Translations under genes and position numbers: made by a program
Shown: positions 8,176 through 16,401 of the stretch, piece after piece
Layout of the letters: each line of letters opens with the position of its first letter
Position numbering within the stretch: position 1 is the stretch's first letter
Source: Treponemataceae bacterium
Lineage (GTDB): Bacteria > Spirochaetota > Spirochaetia > Treponematales > Rectinemataceae
Assembly (NCBI GenBank): GCA_963667725.2
Contig: CAXXHO010000005.1
Coordinates: forward strand, 320,001 to 384,000
DNA length: 64,000 nt
Direction of reading: 5' to 3'
Notes under the pieces: model-generated
Database searches by the model: none
What the model was told of the DNA's origin: nothing
Seen by the model: only the letters and a program-made list of their open reading frames with translations

Positions 8176-8820
8176 ATGAGACAGGAAAACGTCAGCATAC
8201 CCGCGGGGTATCCTTCCGGGATAAAAGCGCGAAGAAGAGCCACGCGTCAGGAAGTCGTCATAGAACTCACACGCAAATCCATCCATCTTCTGATAGCCTT
8301 CGTCCCCCTTCTCCTTTCGATCTCGAGGACGCTGACAATCGTTCTTCTGGCGACAGGCACCTGCGGTTACGCCGTTTTCGAGACGCTGCGCATGAAAGGC
8401 ATCCATATCCCGCTGATCTCAGCCATAACCGCGAAGGCGGCCCGGCTCCGCGACGCGGGCCGCTTCGTCAAAGGACCGGTGACGCTCGGACTCGGGGCTC
8501 TCGCCTCCGTACTGCTCTTCAGCCCAACCTCGGCCTCGATAGCCGTCTATATTCTGGCCTTCGGCGACAGCTTTTCCAGCATTGTCGGCAAAACCGTCGG
8601 AAAAATAAAAATGCCATTCACCAGGGGCAAATCGCTCGAGGGGAGTCTCACCTGTTTTCTGGTTTCCCTGCTTTCAACCTTTGCCATATCGCGCCAATTC
8701 GGCCCATCCCTGATCATCGCCGCCGTTTCCACCTTTGTCGAAGCCCTGCCAGCCAAGGATTGGGACAATATTCTCCTGCCCCTCGCGGCCGGTCTGACCG
8801 CCACGCTCATGGGATTCTAG
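8176..8820 (+). CDS. CTP-dependent polyprenol/diacylglycerol kinase family (dolichol/phytol kinase-like) membrane protein
   Basis: RKSIH, LAFGDSFSSIVG, GKSLEGS and DNILLP motifs. Highly hydrophobic. Confidence 0.82.
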   Translation: MRQENVSIPAGYPSGIKARRRATRQEVVIELTRKSIHLLIAFVPLLLSISRTLTIVLLATGTCGYAVFETLRMKGIHIPLISAITAKAARLRDAGRFVKGPVTLGLGALASVLLFSPTSASIAVYILAFGDSFSSIVGKTVGKIKMPFTRGKSLEGSLTCFLVSLLSTFAISRQFGPSLIIAAVSTFVEALPAKDWDNILLPLAAGLTATLMGF

Positions 8821-8858
8821 GGAGGAGACCGTTTTCGGGAAGGCCGACGCCTGGGAAC

Positions 8859-9686
8859 CTACTGCCAGAGATAGAATGAATGGAGTTTGTAGATATAAAG
8901 GAAGCTTCCAAGCGTCATCATCATTATCGACGCGAGACTGAGGGCCGGCGATCCATCGCGGCTCAGGTAATGCGTGCCCGCCGTCAAGGCCGCGATGCCG
9001 AGCGCGATGAAGTAATATGCCTTATCGCCTCTCACCCTCACCGCGATGAGGTAATTCGCTATCGTTATTAGAATGATCGCGAGCGAAAACCCTTCGATGA
9101 GGCGTCCATAGCCCACTTTGAACATGATGTTCCGCGTCCATATGCCCGTGTTGACGGGCAGGATTGAGACAAGGGCTATGCTGATGCCGACACAGGCGGC
9201 CATTATGGAGAACTGCCGGTCGTTCCTCATGCCCGAGGCGTAAAGCCCGGAGATGAATATAGCGATGTAGCCCAGGAATCTCGTGCCGATGTAAAGCTTA
9301 TCGATGACGGCCAGCAGCGAATCGGAGCCGCCGTTCAATCCCGCGAACAGGTGGACGAGTCTCAGGGAATCGAAGGATACCGTGGCGAGCCAGAAGGCGA
9401 AAAAGAAGATCTCGGCCGAAACGGTTTTCCTGAAGGTCCTCAGGATGAAGGCGCCGACCAGGGAGGCGAAGAAAGCGGCCGAAAGCGCGTCGGCCAGGGA
9501 AAGCGCGAAGGAAGATATTCGCATGCCCAGAATGGTGTGGATCTCGTAGATCTTATGTTCGATGAGGAAGATCGGGACATCCCTGCGCAGGATGAGAAGA
9601 ATCGAGAAGACCAGGGCGAGCAGGAGCATGGCGCTGCTCAGGCCAAAGAGAATCCAATAGGTGCGTCGTCGGTTCTGAAGGGTCAC
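8859..9686 (-). CDS. Hypothetical polytopic membrane protein
   Basis: About 8 TM helices. Start trimmed to GTG 9686 (MTLQNRRR), preceded by TTCAAG-17-TATCTT-7 nt. The longer ORF would overlap proS. Confidence 0.7.
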   Translation of the reverse strand: MTLQNRRRTYWILFGLSSAMLLLALVFSILLILRRDVPIFLIEHKIYEIHTILGMRISSFALSLADALSAAFFASLVGAFILRTFRKTVSAEIFFFAFWLATVSFDSLRLVHLFAGLNGGSDSLLAVIDKLYIGTRFLGYIAIFISGLYASGMRNDRQFSIMAACVGISIALVSILPVNTGIWTRNIMFKVGYGRLIEGFSLAIILITIANYLIAVRVRGDKAYYFIALGIAALTAGTHYLSRDGSPALSLASIMMMTLGSFLYIYKLHSFYLWQ

Positions 9687-9834
9687 AGTCGATAAGATAG
9701 CGCGAAACGAAGCCTGCTTGAAGCCCCCGGAGGCGCGATTCGCTTTCCGCGCGGCACGATGAGCAGCCCATCCGATTGAAAGAGCCTTCGTTTTTATATA
9801 TAGTTCCTTATCTTTTTCCATGGTGAGGTGACTT

Positions 9835-11292
9835 ATGGCCGAAAAAATCACGCCCCGCGAAGTCGACTACTCTCAGTGGTACATCGACATCGTCCTCAAC
9901 GCGAAGCTGGCGGACTATTCGCCGGTGAAAGGGTGCATGGTGATAAGGCCGCGCGGCTATGCCATCTGGGAGCGCATCCGCGACGAGTTCGACAGGCGCT
10001 TCAAGGAAACCGGGCATCAGAACGCCTATTTCCCCCTCCTCATCCCCATGAGTTTCCTGCAGAAGGAAGCCGAGCATGTCAAAGGCTTTGCCCCCGAGCT
10101 GGCCGTCGTCACCCATGGAGGCGGCGAGGAACTCGAGGAGCCCTACTGCATACGTCCCACGAGCGAGACCATCATCTGGGCGAAATACAAGGACTGGATC
10201 CAGTCCTGGCGCGATCTCCCCCTCCTCATAAACCAGTGGTCGAACGTCCTCCGCTGGGAAAAGCGCACGCGCCTCTTCCTCAGGACGAGCGAGTTCCTCT
10301 GGCAGGAAGGGCATACAGCCCATGAAACCGAAAAGGAAGCGGTAGAGGAAACCCTGCGCATGATCGAAGTCTACCGCGACGTCGTGGAGCGCTATCTCTG
10401 CGTGCCCGTTGTCGTCGGCGTGAAGAGCGAAACCGAAAAATTCGCCGGCGCCGTCAACACCTACACCATCGAGGCAATGATGCAGGACAAGAAGGCCCTC
10501 CAGGCGGGAACGAGCCACTTTCTGGGCCAGAATTTCGCCAAGGCCTTCGACGTCAAATTCCAAACCCGCGAAGGAAGCCTCGACTACGTATGGGCGACGA
10601 GCTGGGGCGTTTCGACGCGCCTTGTCGGCGCCGTCATCATGACGCATTCGGACGACAAGGGACTCGTGCTACCCCCTACCCTCGCGCCCGAGGAAGCCGT
10701 CATCGTCCCGATCTACAAGAACGACAACAAGGCGGCCGTCCTCGCCTACGCGGAGAAGACGCTGGCCGCGCTCAAGGCCGCGGGCATCCGCGCCCTCCTC
10801 GACAGCGACGATTCGTCGAGCCCCGGTTGGAAGTTCGCCGAGTGGGAGATGAGGGGAACACCGGTGAGGATTGAAATCGGCCCTCGCGACATGGCTTCGG
10901 AAAAACTCGTCCTGGTTCGCAGGGATACGGGGGAGAAATCCTTCGTGGCCGCAGCCAACGCGGCCGAGGCAGTCAGGAAGCTCCTCGACGGAATTCAGAC
11001 CTCCCTCTACGAGCGAGCCGTGGCTTTCCGCGACGCCAATACCGTGAAAATTGGCTCCAACAAAGAGCTGATGGATTTCTTCGGCGCCGAAGGCATGGGT
11101 ACCGCCGACGCTCATGGCGGCTTCGCCGAAGCGCTCTGGTGCGGTTCAGCGGAATGCGAGGCAGGGCTCAAGGCCAAGGTCAAGGCGACCCTGCGCTGCC
11201 TGCCCCTCGGCCATCAGGAGGGCGTGGATGGAGTCTGCGCTCTCTGCGGAGCACCAGCCAAGCACAGGGCCATCTTCGCGAGAAATTACTGA
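9835..11292 (+). CDS. proS: Proline--tRNA ligase, archaeal/eukaryote-like type
   Basis: [40 protein letters not shown] and TSWGVSTR. C-terminal Cys-rich Zn domain ending ARNY. GAGGTG RBS. Confidence 0.97.
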   Translation: MAEKITPREVDYSQWYIDIVLNAKLADYSPVKGCMVIRPRGYAIWERIRDEFDRRFKETGHQNAYFPLLIPMSFLQKEAEHVKGFAPELAVVTHGGGEELEEPYCIRPTSETIIWAKYKDWIQSWRDLPLLINQWSNVLRWEKRTRLFLRTSEFLWQEGHTAHETEKEAVEETLRMIEVYRDVVERYLCVPVVVGVKSETEKFAGAVNTYTIEAMMQDKKALQAGTSHFLGQNFAKAFDVKFQTREGSLDYVWATSWGVSTRLVGAVIMTHSDDKGLVLPPTLAPEEAVIVPIYKNDNKAAVLAYAEKTLAALKAAGIRALLDSDDSSSPGWKFAEWEMRGTPVRIEIGPRDMASEKLVLVRRDTGEKSFVAAANAAEAVRKLLDGIQTSLYERAVAFRDANTVKIGSNKELMDFFGAEGMGTADAHGGFAEALWCGSAECEAGLKAKVKATLRCLPLGHQEGVDGVCALCGAPAKHRAIFARNY

Positions 11293-11314
11293 TTTGCTTG
11301 CATAACGAAGTTCT

Positions 11315-11343
11315 AAAACCCGGAGACATCTCCGGGTTTTTTT
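11315..11343. terminator. Bidirectional intrinsic terminator
   Basis: AAAACCCGGAGA-CA-TCTCCGGGTTTTTTT between convergent proS and GGDEF genes. Confidence 0.85.
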
Positions 11344-11361
11344 AACGCTTCACGCCTTCCG

Positions 11362-12891
11362 CTATGCCTTCTCTCCGGAGCAGACTCGATCGCGGCCTTC
11401 CTTCTTGGCCCTGTATAGGGCCAAGTCGGCTTCCATAAGCAGCTTTTCCAGTGTCGTGGTCCTGTCGCTCTCATCCGATACCGCCATCCCGATACTTATC
11501 GTCGTCGTGATACTCTTATCCCGATAGGGAACGCGAAGCGCCGCGACGCTCTCCCGCATGTCTTCGGCCACGGCCAGAACCTTTTCGGGATCGATGGCCG
11601 TCAGTACGACGATGAACTCCTCGCCGCCGTACCTGCCGAGTATGTCGGAAGCGCGAATCCTATCCTTCAAGGTCCGGGCGACGGCGACGAGAACCGCGTC
11701 GCCAGCCTGATGCCCATACCTGTCGTTGACTACCTTGAAAAAATCTAGGTCGATCATGAGAAGTCCAATTCGACCGCCATAGCGCTGGACGCGAGATACT
11801 TCCTTTTCCGCGTCGTCGAAAAATCTGTGTCGGTTGAATGTTTTCGTGAGCATGTCGTAGTTGGCGAGACGGTAAAGCTTCCTTAGCAGACGGTGAAGCC
11901 CCGTGACGTCCTTGAACAGGAATACGCGGCCGACATTCTTCTTCCGGTCGATGAGCTTCGTCATCTTGGCCTCGAAGTAGCGCGTCCTGCCGTCCTGTAC
12001 GATCTTCAGCTCCTTGTTCCGTGAAGCGGCGCCGTCCAGCGCGACCCCTTCGGGAAAATCGCCGAGCTTCTTCCCGATCGCCTCAGGGATTAGCCAGGAG
12101 AATAAGGAGCCTGCCGCCTTGTTGTAGTCCGAAATCTTGTCCATGGAATCCAGGATAAGGATACCCTCGCTGATGCCCGAGAACACGATATCCTTGACGA
12201 GTTGGTCGGACTGCAAAAAATCGTGGCGAACGATGGCGACCGAAAAAAAGAAAGCCGCTCCCAGAAACCCGAAAGGGGCAAGATCGATGCCGTAGGGAGA
12301 GAGGCCGAACAGGTAACAGGTTTCGAAGAGCCCTACCCAGGCGGAGCCCAGCATCATCCAGAACGAAGTGCTGGCCGTCCCCAGCTTCGAAGTCCTCCAT
12401 TGCATGAAAAAAGCCGCGAGACTCAGCAGCATCATGGCATTCGAATAGATGACGAACACGGCGTACCAAGGTCCCTTATCCAGCCTGGCAAGGAGCTGTC
12501 CGCCCACGACGATGGCCGACACCTCGCGGTAATGGAGATGAAGGAAATCGTTGGTCGCGGAAAAGAAAATGGTGAGGATGGGTATCAGGAGCAAGGCGAG
12601 ATAGATGCCGAAGGAAAGCTCGCGCTTGATCCTGGACTTATGGGCGATGAAAAACCAAACCGTGGAGATGAAGGACAGGCCAAAGTATTCGAACTTCAGC
12701 CAGAACTTGATCTCCTCGAGACTATCGGATCCCAACTCAAAAGCGTAACCGACAACATAGATCATGACCGCTATGGACATGATGGCGAATAGAGAGGAAA
12801 GCTGATTGTGTCGGTGCGCGATGCTGTAGCAGAAAATGCAGAAGAATACGACCGCAGTCAGGTAGAGAATTCCGCGGAGAAAAAACAGCAC
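11362..12891 (-). CDS. Diguanylate cyclase with N-terminal HisKA-7TM membrane domain and PAS-like linker
   Basis: 7TM region with GPWY, then SEGILILD...YN (PAS-like), DMLT, DLDFFKVVND and RASD..RYGGEEF. Confidence 0.9.
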   Translation of the reverse strand: MLFFLRGILYLTAVVFFCIFCYSIAHRHNQLSSLFAIMSIAVMIYVVGYAFELGSDSLEEIKFWLKFEYFGLSFISTVWFFIAHKSRIKRELSFGIYLALLLIPILTIFFSATNDFLHLHYREVSAIVVGGQLLARLDKGPWYAVFVIYSNAMMLLSLAAFFMQWRTSKLGTASTSFWMMLGSAWVGLFETCYLFGLSPYGIDLAPFGFLGAAFFFSVAIVRHDFLQSDQLVKDIVFSGISEGILILDSMDKISDYNKAAGSLFSWLIPEAIGKKLGDFPEGVALDGAASRNKELKIVQDGRTRYFEAKMTKLIDRKKNVGRVFLFKDVTGLHRLLRKLYRLANYDMLTKTFNRHRFFDDAEKEVSRVQRYGGRIGLLMIDLDFFKVVNDRYGHQAGDAVLVAVARTLKDRIRASDILGRYGGEEFIVVLTAIDPEKVLAVAEDMRESVAALRVPYRDKSITTTISIGMAVSDESDRTTTLEKLLMEADLALYRAKKEGRDRVCSGEKA

Positions 12892-13023
12892 TGAAATCCT
12901 CCATCATCCCTAGATCAGGGCGATATGCTATTTTTTTGCACAGCAATTTCCGCTTATGATAAAGATTTCCCGAAGAAATGGGTAGTACCGGGGGAGAGGA
13001 TCGGGCTCTCTCCCCCTCCTGGG

Positions 13024-13749
13024 TCAATGCAAAAGCTGCTTTACTTCGCCCGATCCAAAATCGGTTACGGAAATGCTGGGGTAACCGCGGTAATACACGG
13101 ATCCTGAACCGTAAATCCTCGCGTCGAGGGAGTCCAGGACCCGAAGCGTGCAGGATCCGGAACCGTTCACCGCCACGACCGCCTCGCCGGCGGTGAAACC
13201 CGTGGCCTGAATGTTCCCCGATCCGTAGATCGTGGCGTCCAGTCGATCGGAACCACCCGATAGTTTTATATTTCCTGAACCTAGAATGGTCGCGGTGAGG
13301 TGGTCGTATTCGAAATCGCCGGAAATGAAGCCCGAACCCTGGTCGGTCATGACGATCGATCGCCCGCTGAAACGGTTCAGAACAGAAATATCACCCGAGC
13401 CGTAGACGCCGATTTCATTCAGCGTGGGAAGCATGACATCGACCGTGAATTCCGTGTAGCGGTAGAGACTTTTACCCGGCTGAAGGGCGATGACGAGAGT
13501 ATCGTTTTCGGTATGGATATCCAGGTACTCGACGAGATTCTCGTCTATGGTCACGCTGACCGACCTTGAGGCTCCCATACGCAGACGCACCTGCCCTGAT
13601 GTCATGTTCTTTACCGCGCCGTACCCAGAAAGGGGCAGCGAAGCGGTGACGACCTTCCCGTTTCCGACAAAGTCGCCAGGAGTGACCGCGATGACGCAGG
13701 ATGAGGAAAGAAGTGCCAAAAAAAGAAGTGAGAAGATGACGCGTTTCAT
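13024..13749 (-). CDS. Lipoprotein with head-GIN/DUF2807 repeats
   Basis: Signal peptide with lipobox LLSSS-C, repeated GSGxI/V units, and ...GSVYYRGYP. AGGAG RBS. Confidence 0.85.
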   Translation of the reverse strand: MKRVIFSLLFLALLSSSCVIAVTPGDFVGNGKVVTASLPLSGYGAVKNMTSGQVRLRMGASRSVSVTIDENLVEYLDIHTENDTLVIALQPGKSLYRYTEFTVDVMLPTLNEIGVYGSGDISVLNRFSGRSIVMTDQGSGFISGDFEYDHLTATILGSGNIKLSGGSDRLDATIYGSGNIQATGFTAGEAVVAVNGSGSCTLRVLDSLDARIYGSGSVYYRGYPSISVTDFGSGEVKQLLH

Positions 13750-13983
13750 GGAAGTCTCCTGAACGCTAAATATGTCCCTCATGCGAGGCGACAGGCTGAG
13801 CGACAGAGTGCTCGCCCCTTGCGGGCGCGAGGATGTTCGGATCGCTCAAGAGGAAATATAACACCGCGAAAAAGGTCCGTCCACGAAAACCGATAAAATA
13901 TTATCTTTTCAAACATTTTTAGTCATCAGAATTCCTTCGATATTTCTTGATGGATCGCCCCGCGGGAAGTAGTATAGGGGTCG

Positions 13984-14757
13984 ATGCAGCCAGAAGACTT
14001 ACTGCTTTTCGCGGCCGACGCGGCGCGACTCATGCTCGAAAGCGGCGGGGAAACCTATCGCGCCGAAGAAACCGCGATGAACATCATAACCAGCCAGGGC
14101 GGCGTTGAAGCCGAATGCTTCGCCACGAGCACGGGGCTCATGCTCTCCTTCACCGGCGAGGACGGCAAGGTCCACGCGGTCGTGAGGCGCGTGAAGCGGC
14201 GCGAGATGAACCTGGAAAAAGCGTCGCGAATCCACACGATGGTGAGCGGACTCCAGACCGACAGGATCGACATTCTGGAAGCGACCCGCGAACTCGATGT
14301 CATCGAAAGACTTCGCGAACGCCCCTTCGCCCTAAGAATGGGAGCGAGCGCCGTCGGCGCAGCCTTCTTCACCCTTCTTTTCGGCGGAAAACCGGCGGAT
14401 GCCGCGGCCGCCGCGGCCATAGGCGCCACCCTTTACCTTCTCATACGGGGATTCCAGCGCCTGAAACTGCCCGAATTCCTCACCAGTCTCGCCGGCGGAG
14501 GCTACGCGGCCATCGCTTCGCTCGGCATTCAAGCGCTCATCGCCCCGATCAACACCGACATGACCATCATCGGCGTCATCATGCTCCTCGTCCCCGGCGT
14601 GGCCATCACCAACGCGATACGCGACATCATCGCGGGGGACCTCGTCGCCGGCATTGCCCGCGGCGTGGACGCCTTCATCACCGCGGCGGCGATTTCGGCC
14701 GGAGCAGGCGGGGCTTTCGCGATATGGAAGCTTCTCGAATTCGGAGGCATCCGATGA
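13984..14757 (+). CDS. Threonine/serine exporter family (ThrE), large subunit
   Basis: LMLESGGETYRAEET and LVPGVAITNAIRDIIAGDL. Confidence 0.88.
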   Translation: MQPEDLLLFAADAARLMLESGGETYRAEETAMNIITSQGGVEAECFATSTGLMLSFTGEDGKVHAVVRRVKRREMNLEKASRIHTMVSGLQTDRIDILEATRELDVIERLRERPFALRMGASAVGAAFFTLLFGGKPADAAAAAAIGATLYLLIRGFQRLKLPEFLTSLAGGGYAAIASLGIQALIAPINTDMTIIGVIMLLVPGVAITNAIRDIIAGDLVAGIARGVDAFITAAAISAGAGGAFAIWKLLEFGGIR

Positions 14758-15236
14758 GCCCGGAATCGCTCTCCATGGTTGACTGGCTCAAGGGTCCGGC
14801 ATTCGCGGCCATCGCCACCTCGGCCTTTTCCCTCCTTTTCGGACTGCATTCTCTCGACATCCTGCTCGCCTCGGGCGGAGCGGCGGTAGGTTGGGCGATA
14901 TTCCTCGTCGTGCCTCACGCGGGCTCGCCCGCCTTCGCGGTTTTCCTTGCCGCCCTCGCGGCGGGACTCTACAGCGAAATAATCGGATGGCTGCGATTCA
15001 GGCCGGCCACCGTCTACGCGATAGCGGCCATCCTCCCTCTTGTGCCCGGCGGAGGCATGTACTACACGATGCTTTCCACCCTCGAGGGCAATTCGGCGAA
15101 AACGGTCGAACTCGTCATGACCACGCTCATGACAGCCTTCGCCATCGCCGCCGGACTTGCAATTGCCAACGCAGTTGGTAGAATGAATTACCTCGCCTAC
15201 TCCCATTGGCTCATGAAAGGAAACAGAAAACCATAA
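14754..15236 (+). CDS. ThrE_2 family exporter small subunit
   Basis: ATGA overlap with the upstream stop, GGAGG RBS, PATVY..AILPLVPGGGMYY. This is the C-terminal part of track ORF 14115..15236. Confidence 0.85.
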   Translation: MSPESLSMVDWLKGPAFAAIATSAFSLLFGLHSLDILLASGGAAVGWAIFLVVPHAGSPAFAVFLAALAAGLYSEIIGWLRFRPATVYAIAAILPLVPGGGMYYTMLSTLEGNSAKTVELVMTTLMTAFAIAAGLAIANAVGRMNYLAYSHWLMKGNRKP

Positions 15237-15237
15237 G

Positions 15238-16383
15238 ATGTCGCTGGAAACCCTGTTACGCGTCGAAATTGACCTATTCGCGCTCGCCATCCTGGCCATC
15301 ATGGGCGGTTCCATCATCATCAGGAACAGGGACCACCAATTCATGGATTCCAGGCTCTTTCTCCGGCTGATCGTAAGCATAAGCCTCGTGATCATCTTCG
15401 AGGGACTGAGCTGGATCGTCGACGGAAAGCCCGGCTCTTCCATGAGGTTAGCGGGCTATGTAATCAACGTCATTTTCTATGCCCTCATCTTCACGCCGAT
15501 GGGCATCTATCTCATTTACGTCGATCACTTCACCGCGCCGAACCGCCCCCTCGTCCTGTCCTTCTATTTCTGGACCGCCATAGCGGTCGCCGTGATGGGC
15601 GCCTTCTTCGCCGTTCTCAGCCCGATCAAAGGCCTGCTTTTCTACCTCGACGAAAACAACATCTATTTCAGGGGCCCGCTCAATGGTTTCTTCAACCTAC
15701 TCATGACCGTCATGGGACTCCTCCCGGCCTATGTCCTCGTGAGGCGGCGCAGGACCATACCCGGCCCCTCATTCTATAACCTCATCCTCTACCCGGTGAT
15801 GCCGACCATCGGGGGAATACTCCAGCAGTTCGTCTACGGCACCAACCTGTTCTGGCCGGCCACCGTCATCGCCGTCTTTCTCACCTTCATCAACGTCCAG
15901 AATAGGCAAATCGACAGCGACTACCTCACGGGCGCCTTCAACCGCTCGAGCCTCCAGGAATACCTGGGCACTCTGGTGCGGAAAGCATGCAGAAACAGAA
16001 CCTTTGCCGGAATAATGCTCGATCTGGATAATTTCAAGCAGATCAACGACCGCTGCGGTCACGGAACGGGGGACCAGGCCCTCATCGAAATGGCGAGAAT
16101 CCTTCACGCCTCGGTGCGCAAAACAGATTTCGTGGCGCGCTACGGCGGCGACGAGTTCGTCGTGATCCTCGATACGGGCGACGGCGTCGTCGTGGATGAG
16201 GTTATCGAAAGGATACGCGCGAACATGAAGGCCGCCAACGGCGCCGAAAAGACCTATACGCTCTCCGCGAGCATGGGCAAAGCGATATTCGATTTGGAAA
16301 GAGACAGGAATATCGATACTTTCATCCATAGGCTGGATGGGCTCATGTACGAAGACAAGACCCGTCTGGCGGTTACCATATGA
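15238..16383 (+). CDS. Membrane diguanylate cyclase (GGDEF)
   Basis: N-terminal TM region with Y.RGP, then DYLTGAFNR, DLDNFKQIND and RKTD..RYGGDEF. Confidence 0.9.
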   Translation: MSLETLLRVEIDLFALAILAIMGGSIIIRNRDHQFMDSRLFLRLIVSISLVIIFEGLSWIVDGKPGSSMRLAGYVINVIFYALIFTPMGIYLIYVDHFTAPNRPLVLSFYFWTAIAVAVMGAFFAVLSPIKGLLFYLDENNIYFRGPLNGFFNLLMTVMGLLPAYVLVRRRRTIPGPSFYNLILYPVMPTIGGILQQFVYGTNLFWPATVIAVFLTFINVQNRQIDSDYLTGAFNRSSLQEYLGTLVRKACRNRTFAGIMLDLDNFKQINDRCGHGTGDQALIEMARILHASVRKTDFVARYGGDEFVVILDTGDGVVVDEVIERIRANMKAANGAEKTYTLSASMGKAIFDLERDRNIDTFIHRLDGLMYEDKTRLAVTI

Positions 16384-16401
16384 TTACACGCAGGAGTGCC
16401 T

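Noticed and set aside
9835..11292. Archaeal/eukaryote-type ProRS as a novelty
   Set aside because: This type is well known in many bacteria, including some spirochaetes.
13773..13850. c-di-GMP riboswitch near the GGDEF genes
   Set aside because: GEMM-I (GGCAAAC...GACGCAAAG) and class II consensus elements are absent.
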